Shown: positions 58,472 through 64,000 of the stretch, in pieces
Layout of the letters: each line of letters opens with the position of its first letter
Numbering within the stretch: position 1 is the stretch's first letter
Source of the DNA: Alphaproteobacteria bacterium
Lineage (GTDB): Bacteria > Pseudomonadota > Alphaproteobacteria > CAAHEQ01 > UBA3637
Reading direction: 5' to 3'
Assembly (NCBI GenBank): GCA_045660045.1
Contig: JAZRDB010000012.1
Location: 55,869-119,868 of the forward strand
DNA: 64,000 nt
The notes under the pieces: generated by a model
The model's input: the letters and a program-made list of their open reading frames with translations, nothing else
Told to the model about the DNA's origin: nothing
Databases searched by the model: none
Made by a program: the position numbers and the translations under genes

Positions 58472-58756
58472 GGATAGACGGAAAGCCGTTTGTCCAAAGT
58501 ACCTGAATAAGGTGCCGAAGAGCCTCGTAAGCTCAAACATAATGGGGTAGTTTGAACACCCTACCCGAAATGGCGTGTTTCCTTTTCAAAAGTAAATACC
58601 CATTTCAGCCCCATCCTTGACTTATGGTCGGGGAGCTTGTGGTGTATGTTCAGGGGTTGTGCCCTTTCGGGGGCATAACCTTAAAGGCCACAGGGATCAT
58701 TATCATTATGTTTTGATTTACGAACTCTCCGACCACCTGATTTTTCAGGTGGTTTT
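58472..58756 (+). ncRNA. unassigned ~285-nt highly structured RNA (independent sRNA, or riboswitch/attenuator-type leader of the OMP gene)
   Basis: No ORF; own promoter; at least 8 hand-drawable helices, including a nested three-helix domain at 58626-58734; ends in an intrinsic terminator. G+C-rich relative to the neighbouring spacers. Confidence 0.5.
58733..58756 (+). terminator. intrinsic terminator CCACCUGA-UUUU-UCAGGUGG-UUUU, 24 nt before the OMP start codon
   Basis: Perfect 8-bp stem plus U4. Confidence 0.7.
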
Positions 58757-58780
58757 AAATTTCTAACAAAGGAGAATAAA

Positions 58781-59377
58781 ATGAAGAAACTGTTATTGTT
58801 ATCCGCAATCGCTTTGGTTGCTACAAGTGCTTCCGCTGTGGAAGTGAAACCTTATGTTGAGGGCAAATTAAATCACAACTGGTTAAAAGCAGAATACCAA
58901 GAAGAAGGTTTCGGAAAAGAAAGTTTTAAGGACAATGTGTTCGGTGGTGCTTTGGAAGTTGGGGCGAAGATCAACCAATTTAGAATTGGTTTAGAAGGTT
59001 ATTACAATGACAAAATGGAAGATAAACTTTTGAATATTGTGCCAGTAAAAGGCGAAACAAAAGGTTTCTTCTTGAATGGCTATTGGGATATTCCATTAGG
59101 AGAACCAAAGAATGTTAAACCCTACATCGGCGCTGGTATCGGTTATTCTTGGTTGAAAGGAACCGCAGATCTAAGTGTTGTTGGATTGAGAAAAGAAAGT
59201 ATCAAGGATAAAGATTGGGGTTGGAATGTTGGATTCGGCGTTGGTTATGCCTTAAATGAAAACATTGACCTCTCATTAGGTTATAGATACGAATATCTCG
59301 GCAAAATCAAAGATTATGATAGCAAAACAAAGATTACGAATAGCAAGGTAACTTTGGGTTTAAGATATACTTTCTAA
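58781..59377 (+). CDS. small outer-membrane beta-barrel protein (OMP_b-brl / OmpA-like 8-strand class)
   Basis: Signal peptide MKKLLLLSAIALVATSASA/VE, alternating amphipathic strands, C-terminal ..LGLRYTF; RBS AAAGGAG. Confidence 0.8.
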   Translation: MKKLLLLSAIALVATSASAVEVKPYVEGKLNHNWLKAEYQEEGFGKESFKDNVFGGALEVGAKINQFRIGLEGYYNDKMEDKLLNIVPVKGETKGFFLNGYWDIPLGEPKNVKPYIGAGIGYSWLKGTADLSVVGLRKESIKDKDWGWNVGFGVGYALNENIDLSLGYRYEYLGKIKDYDSKTKITNSKVTLGLRYTF

Positions 59378-59392
59378 ATGAAACAAAAGACA

Positions 59393-59419
59393 AGCGGGTG
59401 CCAATCGGCGCCCGCTTTT
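59393..59419. terminator. bidirectional terminator (AGCGGGUGCC-AAUC-GGCGCCCGCU)
   Basis: Lies between the convergent OMP and kinase-like genes. It is a sequence twin of the rpsA terminator. Confidence 0.7.
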
Positions 59420-59438
59420 ATATAAGCGACATATGATT

Positions 59439-60500
59439 TTAAGTAACGGCAAAGTCTTTGACTAATTTTTGCAAAATCCGTTCTGTATGGGGTTTCAACC
59501 TCACGCCGACATTAAAAAATGACTGTGGATAATTTTTCAACATGCTACCTACCTTTTGGGCCTCTTTTTCACCATCCACCACTTTTCGGGCAAATGAGAC
59601 AATCGCACATTTCTTTAAAGTATGAAAATCCATCATAACTTCCTTGCCTTTTTTGTGTGCTAGTTCGTTATAACACCAACATAATTTTTCCAACATATCC
59701 TCACCAAAAATGGGAAACAATCGAGCCATACCATGATACACCAATCCATGATAATGGGTCCCCGCCAAATCAATAATACCCCACGAATGTGTTTTATCGT
59801 CATATAAAATATTACCTTGATGAAAATCACTGTAATAAGGTCCCTTCATTTTACATACATTTACATTATTTTCAATGGATTTTAATAAAGAATCATAGCA
59901 TTCAATTTCTTGACGTGAGAAATTGTACACTTTAAAAAGACATTTGATACGTTTCAGATCTTTTGCTTTTATATAGTGCTTATTTGAAATACCAGATAAG
60001 AAAGCTTTTTTATAACAAGCAAACCTATGCACACATTTCTTGTACTTCAATTTCAGGGTGTCTTTTATTGAAATAGGAGCCTCTATTTTACCAAAAATTT
60101 CTTTATCTACATTGACATCCAATGTATTTAAATCCAACATAAATGTCGCAAAATCAAAAATTGCATGTGCCTGTTGATCGGCGGACAATTTATTAAACAT
60201 CTTTTCATTAAAAGGACGACCAGAAACGTAATTTTCATGCAATTGCCACTCTCCGTTTCTGTATATCAATTCTCCAGAAGCAAGGTGCACTTTTTTTGTT
60301 TTTGGCATATAATACCCAATCGTCATACCCCTTCTTGAAAAACGCAACCATTTTTGCTCTTCCGTTTCTTTTTTAGGTAGGCAAACACATATTTTTTTCT
60401 TGTTGTTATTGGAACACAAAAAAACTTCTTGGTTGGCACCTTCACCGATTTTACGGATACAATTCACATTCTTTGGAACCTTAACATTTGCTGAAAACAT
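59439..60500 (-). CDS. protein-kinase-fold phosphotransferase (APH/choline-kinase-like)
   Basis: Gly-rich loop IGEGANQEVF, catalytic-loop-like SDFHQGNILYD and IIDLAG. The gene is very AT-rich. Confidence 0.65.
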   Translation of the reverse strand: MFSANVKVPKNVNCIRKIGEGANQEVFLCSNNNKKKICVCLPKKETEEQKWLRFSRRGMTIGYYMPKTKKVHLASGELIYRNGEWQLHENYVSGRPFNEKMFNKLSADQQAHAIFDFATFMLDLNTLDVNVDKEIFGKIEAPISIKDTLKLKYKKCVHRFACYKKAFLSGISNKHYIKAKDLKRIKCLFKVYNFSRQEIECYDSLLKSIENNVNVCKMKGPYYSDFHQGNILYDDKTHSWGIIDLAGTHYHGLVYHGMARLFPIFGEDMLEKLCWCYNELAHKKGKEVMMDFHTLKKCAIVSFARKVVDGEKEAQKVGSMLKNYPQSFFNVGVRLKPHTERILQKLVKDFAVT

Positions 60501-60583
60501 TGTCTACTTTCACATAAATAAAATCAGTACAATCATCGACATATGGTTGTATGCTAAATAAATCAATTTGTCAAGACTTATTC

Positions 60584-61030
60584 CTAGGAACGACGTAAAA
60601 ACTTATAAAATCTACTTGGATGACGCGATTGTTGAACAATCTTGTCAATCCAACCATTATATTCCCGACGCAACGCCACACGCGGAAAATCTGGCACATC
60701 AATTGTCACCGTCTCGCCCACTTTAATCCCTTTTAACGCCGGATCAAAACATTTTTTATTGATGAATTTATGCAAACTACGCTCAATCAAACACATATTG
60801 GAAAACTTATTTTGTCCGCCGCCAGAAAGCGGAACAATATGATGCACATCAAAACCAGATGGTGCCAGTCCACGTGACGCACGGATTAAATCAATTTCAT
60901 GACTATATGGATTCAAACGTCCCGTGCGGTAAAGCCACAACACAAACACTTTGTTCAACCGTTTGTGGTCAAATTCTTTACGCAAACGCTTTGTTACTTC
61001 CGGAGGCTGTAATGTAAATTTAACCGTCAT
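60584..61030 (-). CDS. HNH endonuclease-domain protein
   Basis: FDVHHIVPLSGGGQNKFSNMCLIERSLHKFIN (H-N-H spacing). It starts immediately after the recG stop. Confidence 0.7.
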   Translation of the reverse strand: MTVKFTLQPPEVTKRLRKEFDHKRLNKVFVLWLYRTGRLNPYSHEIDLIRASRGLAPSGFDVHHIVPLSGGGQNKFSNMCLIERSLHKFINKKCFDPALKGIKVGETVTIDVPDFPRVALRREYNGWIDKIVQQSRHPSRFYKFLRRS

Positions 61031-63076
61031 CTAACCCGCCTTTAACAAATGGATTTCTTTATCCTTTCTAAAAAGGTATAACATATTTTTTAATGCCTGT
61101 CCACGATTTGTTTGTAAATCTGGATCTTCATTTAAAATCTTTTGTGCTTCTTCGTTTGCCTGCATCAAAAGATGTGCATGTTCGGCCACATCCGCCAATT
61201 TAAACAAAGGCACACCACTTTGACGAATACCCAAAACTTCGCCTGCCCCCCGTAATTTTAAATCAGCTTCAGCAATCTTAAAACCATCATCTGATTCTCT
61301 AAGAACAGCTAACCTTTCCCGTGCTGTTTGTGATAAACGCCCGTGCAGCAAAATACACACAGCTTTGTCTTGACCACGCCCTACTCGACCACGTAATTGA
61401 TGAAGTGTTGCCAAACCAAAGCGTTCCGCATGCTCCACCACCATCAAGCCTGCGCTAGGAACATCCACACCAACCTCAATCACCGTTGTAGAAACAAGAA
61501 TTCTTGTTTTACCAGATATAAAATCCGCCATCGCTGCATCTTTTTCCGCCGCTTTCATCTTACCATGGACAAGGCCCACTTCATCCCCAAAAACTTGGCA
61601 AAGTGTGGCATACCTTTTTTCCGCCGCCATCAAGTCAGATTCTTCCGATTCTTCTACCAACGGACACACCCAATAAACCTGTGTTGGATTGTTCTTTAAT
61701 CGTTCCACCAACGGATCAATTTGCGCAAACGGCATCACACGTGTATCGATCGGTTGACGACCCGCCGGCTTTTCATTCAAGATGGACACATCCATATCGC
61801 CATATGCCGTCAAGGCCAAAGTCCGTGGAATCGGAGTTGCTGTCATCACAAGCACATTCACACCTTTTTCTTTTTCCGCCAACGCCACCCGTTGTTTCAC
61901 GCCAAAGCGGTGCTGCTCATCAATAATCGCCAATCCCAAATCATGAAACACTACGTTATCTTCCAACAAAGCGTGTGTGCCAATGATGATATCAATTTTT
62001 CCTGTCTTTAAATCTGTTAAAATTTGATCGCGCTTTTTGCCTTTTTCACGGGCGGTCAGCAATTCAACCTTCACTTTCAAAGGCGCACACAATGCTTGAA
62101 TCTTGTCAAAATGCTGGTGCGCCAAAATATCTGTCGGCGCCAAAAATGCGGCCTGTGTTTTATTCTCTACCGCTTGCAGCGCTGCCAACAAAGCAACAAT
62201 TGTTTTACCAGATCCAACATCTCCTTGCAACAAGCGTGTCATCCGATCTTTGCTCGCTAAATCATCACGAATTTCTTTTAAACATTTTTGTTGTGCATTT
62301 GTCAGCAGAAATGGCAGTTGCAACTTTAATTTATCTTGGTGCGGTAAAACTTTTCCCGACTGTTTTTTGTTGTATCTTCGCACCAAATGTAAAGCGACCT
62401 GATTTGTCAACAATTCATCAAAGGCAAGACGTTGTCTGGCTGGATCCTCTGGACTTAAATCAGCCAGTTTTTGGGGATGATGAGCCAACTGAACCGCCTC
62501 GCACCACGAAGGCCAGTTATTGTCCTTCAACATTTTCTCATCAATTTCTTCTGGCAAATCAGGAATCGTCGGCATAATTTGATCGATAAGTTTTCGAATG
62601 ACCTTACCATTGGCTCCGGCCTTTAATGGATAAACAGCCTCAAATTCGGGGATTTTATTTGGTTCTCGTTCAATGTAATCTGGATGCAAGACCTTAATAA
62701 TATCGCCCTCTTGCACCATCTGACCCGATATCCAAACGTTTTCACCAACCGCCAATTTGTCTGTCAAAAATGAGGCATGGTAATTGAAGAAAACAACCTG
62801 AACTTCACCTAAATCACTCTCACCAAACACAATGCACGGTTGACGCCGCGTCCTTGGAATTTTATGTTCCGTAATTGTCATTTTTAAAGTTGCTAATGTG
62901 GATTCAACTGGCATGGTTTTAAGAAGCTTTCGCTCGTTCAATCCCGTCGGCAAATGCCATAAAACATCCACAACCTGATCACCGCATAAATGATTAATCC
63001 ATGCAGCCAGTTTTGGCCCAATGCCCCGAAATGAGCCAACAGAGGCAAACAACGAATTCAATATATCTGGCCGCAT
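61031..63076 (-). CDS. recG: ATP-dependent DNA helicase RecG
   Basis: Wedge domain, GDVGSGKT, DEQHRFG, QLRGRVGRG. Confidence 0.95.
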   Translation of the reverse strand: MRPDILNSLFASVGSFRGIGPKLAAWINHLCGDQVVDVLWHLPTGLNERKLLKTMPVESTLATLKMTITEHKIPRTRRQPCIVFGESDLGEVQVVFFNYHASFLTDKLAVGENVWISGQMVQEGDIIKVLHPDYIEREPNKIPEFEAVYPLKAGANGKVIRKLIDQIMPTIPDLPEEIDEKMLKDNNWPSWCEAVQLAHHPQKLADLSPEDPARQRLAFDELLTNQVALHLVRRYNKKQSGKVLPHQDKLKLQLPFLLTNAQQKCLKEIRDDLASKDRMTRLLQGDVGSGKTIVALLAALQAVENKTQAAFLAPTDILAHQHFDKIQALCAPLKVKVELLTAREKGKKRDQILTDLKTGKIDIIIGTHALLEDNVVFHDLGLAIIDEQHRFGVKQRVALAEKEKGVNVLVMTATPIPRTLALTAYGDMDVSILNEKPAGRQPIDTRVMPFAQIDPLVERLKNNPTQVYWVCPLVEESEESDLMAAEKRYATLCQVFGDEVGLVHGKMKAAEKDAAMADFISGKTRILVSTTVIEVGVDVPSAGLMVVEHAERFGLATLHQLRGRVGRGQDKAVCILLHGRLSQTARERLAVLRESDDGFKIAEADLKLRGAGEVLGIRQSGVPLFKLADVAEHAHLLMQANEEAQKILNEDPDLQTNRGQALKNMLYLFRKDKEIHLLKAG

Positions 63077-63083
63077 TTATATC

Positions 63084-63491
63084 CTAACGCTTTTTGACTG
63101 GACGCAATGGCTTTGACCACGATCCATCCGGCAATTTAACAGATCCATCTGCATACACTGTTGAATTGAATAAAGGTAGCTTCTCAAAACTTTCTAAAAT
63201 TTCACGACAATCGGAAGGATTTCCTTTTTTTTGTTGTTGCATGGCGTCCCATTTGGCTTCAATATATTCTTGCGCCTGTTTTCTTTCTAATTCATCTGTA
63301 GCCGCTTGGTTTGCCAGTAATCTGGAAGAAATTAATTCATAGTCTTCCAACTTCTTATCTGCCCCGCATGCCACAGCCAATCCCGCAATCATCCCCAATT
63401 GTTCTGCATCTGACATTTTTTTAATATTTTGTGCCAGTGTTGGTTGCACGAAAAACAAACATAAAAGAATAAAACACATATTTTTTTTCAT
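63084..63491 (-). CDS. secreted hypothetical protein (~135 aa)
   Basis: Start trimmed to MKKNMCFILLCLFFVQPTLA/QN (ATG 63491, RBS GAAAGGAG). 7-nt gap to recG. Confidence 0.6.
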   Translation of the reverse strand: MKKNMCFILLCLFFVQPTLAQNIKKMSDAEQLGMIAGLAVACGADKKLEDYELISSRLLANQAATDELERKQAQEYIEAKWDAMQQQKKGNPSDCREILESFEKLPLFNSTVYADGSVKLPDGSWSKPLRPVKKR

Positions 63492-63561
63492 GTTAACTCC
63501 TTTCTTTTCCTTCATTAGGCCACATTTTTATAAAAATCACAAGGTGTTTTTAAATTTTTTA

Positions 63562-63590
63562 TTGCAAGCCCTAAAAAAATAACGTATTCT
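63562..63590 (+). promoter_or_regulatory. candidate promoter TTGCAA-N17-TATTCT
   Basis: Hexamers at 63562-63567 and 63585-63590. Confidence 0.3.
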
Positions 63591-63614
63591 TTTTTTTGAT
63601 GATTGGAGGTAATC

Positions 63615-64000
63615 TTGGTCGACTATCCGGAAATGCCACATGATAAATTAGAGGCTTATCCTCTCAGGCTGAACGTATCTGCCTTGCCCGAACGTCGTTT
63701 TTTCAAAATGACGCGCGCATTAACTCTTTCTGTGGTTTTATTGGCCGCATTGCTGATATCCTTGGGAGTCTTTTTGAATTATCAAATCACCCATTTAGAT
63801 GTGACCGTTAAGCGGGGGTCGGCATGGCAATTTTATCGCATTGATCCGGAAGCAAAACAATTAAAAGCCACAGAATCATCTGGCATTTTGGTTGATCCTT
63901 TACGATTAGTTACAGAAGAAAAATTGGTGGAATACCTAAAGGTTCGAAACAGTACTGTTTGGAGTATGGATGCCATGACTATCAATTTCGGTCCAACGGG
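63615..64000 (+). CDS. single-pass membrane protein, 5' part only (runs off the window)
   Basis: The frame is open to the window end. TTG 63615 lies 5 nt after GGAGG (alternative start ATG 63633). The TM segment is LTLSVVLLAALLISLGVFL. I have no confident family. Confidence 0.5.
   Translation, partial: MVDYPEMPHDKLEAYPLRLNVSALPERRFFKMTRALTLSVVLLAALLISLGVFLNYQITHLDVTVKRGSAWQFYRIDPEAKQLKATESSGILVDPLRLVTEEKLVEYLKVRNSTVWSMDAMTINFGPT

Noticed and set aside
58496-58535. Local resemblance of ACCUGAAUAAGGUGCCGAAGAGCC to TPP (ACCUGAUCUGGAUAAUGCCAGCG), lysine/glycine (CGCCGAAGG) and B12-box (GCCCGAAGACCUGCC) riboswitch cores.
   Set aside because: The partner motifs are missing or in the wrong order. 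These are CUGAGA for TPP, CUGUCA and AGAGGCGC for lysine, GGAGAG for glycine, and the GCCACUG and 5' core for cobalamin.
58463-58640. The same region considered as RNase P RNA (GGAAAGCC similar to CR-I GGAAAGUCC; CUGAAUAAGGUGCCGAAGAGC similar to GGUGAAA..GGUAAGAGC; GACUUAUGGUCGG similar to CR-V GGCUUAUCGGUC), or as SRP or 6S RNA.
   Set aside because: The P4 pairing between the CR-I-like and CR-V-like segments does not form. There is no P3 and the length is far too short for RNase P RNA. There is no GGAAGCAGC SRP domain IV motif. There is no long end-to-end duplex with a central bubble as required for 6S RNA.
58472-58756. Structured RNA considered as tmRNA (standard or two-piece). I noted an ACCA at 58732-58735 preceded by a 7-bp acceptor-like stem (CGGGGAG/CUCUCCG with one G-U pair), and GGAUAGACGG resembling the tmRNA GGAUUCGAC.
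   Set aside because: The G-U pair is not at position 3:70. There is no T-arm/T-loop (UUCGA-type) adjacent to the 3' strand. The two acceptor strands are only about 90 nt apart. No tag ORF of the ANDN...AA type is present, and the best frame gives AEEPRKLKHNGVV. The CCA region is part of a terminator stem.
1-64000. Search for CRISPR arrays, tRNA or rRNA genes, IS elements, integrases or prophage genes.
   Set aside because: I saw no short regularly spaced repeats, no cloverleaf or T-loop (GGTTCGAATCC-type) candidates outside coding sequence, and no transposase- or integrase-like ORFs. The only dispersed repeats are the ones reported.
63615-64000. The partial membrane protein at the window end considered as a type IV secretion component (VirB8- or IcmL/DotI-like), because of its N-terminal cytoplasmic stretch, single TM segment and periplasmic domain.
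   Set aside because: The VirB8 signature after the TM segment is not visible. I cannot recall IcmL sequences well enough to match, and only about 128 codons are available.

Overview
64-kb AT-rich bacterial chromosome segment. The gene order is typical of Alphaproteobacteria: rpsL-rpsG-fusA joined to an S10-spc-alpha ribosomal superoperon, secY-adk-rpsM without rpmJ or infA, a DUF2497/PopZ-like gene next to tolC, and yidC-engB-mnmE. I infer a host-associated lineage from two Sel1-repeat proteins and eukaryote-like cysteine-rich secreted proteins. About 75 protein genes are called. Most are housekeeping: 29 ribosomal proteins, rpoA, secY, adk, fusA, infA, pheST, uvrB, recG, recO, era, rnc, lepB, smpB, glgBX, tolC, aas. 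I recognised no rRNA, tRNA, CRISPR array, transposase or integrase. Many intergenic regions carry near-perfect TTGACA-N17-TATAAT promoters and clear hairpin terminators. The unusual content is as follows. (1) At 3.36-9.34 kb there is a four-gene operon between yidC and rpsF. It encodes three paralogous secreted Cys-rich proteins (EGF/furin-like repeats, a discoidin-like segment, C-type-lectin-like modules) that share a signal peptide plus Gly7-8 N-terminal module, together with a Sel1-repeat protein. A duplication scar lies inside it. (2) At 58.44-58.76 kb there is a roughly 285-nt highly structured ORF-less RNA unit running from promoter to terminator. It ends 24 nt before an outer-membrane beta-barrel gene, and I could not assign it to any RNA family. 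(3) Two roughly 100-bp direct repeats each supply a promoter plus structured leader to a divergent short MetK-like gene and to a small YD-repeat-like gene. (4) fusA abuts rpsJ with no tuf, rpmD is absent, and several ribosomal proteins carry Lys/Ala/Glu-rich extensions. (5) There are orphan genes between the rpsL operon and smpB, a possibly frameshifted Sel1-like gene, an orphan type IV pilin-like gene, and a kinase-fold gene plus an HNH gene tucked after recG.
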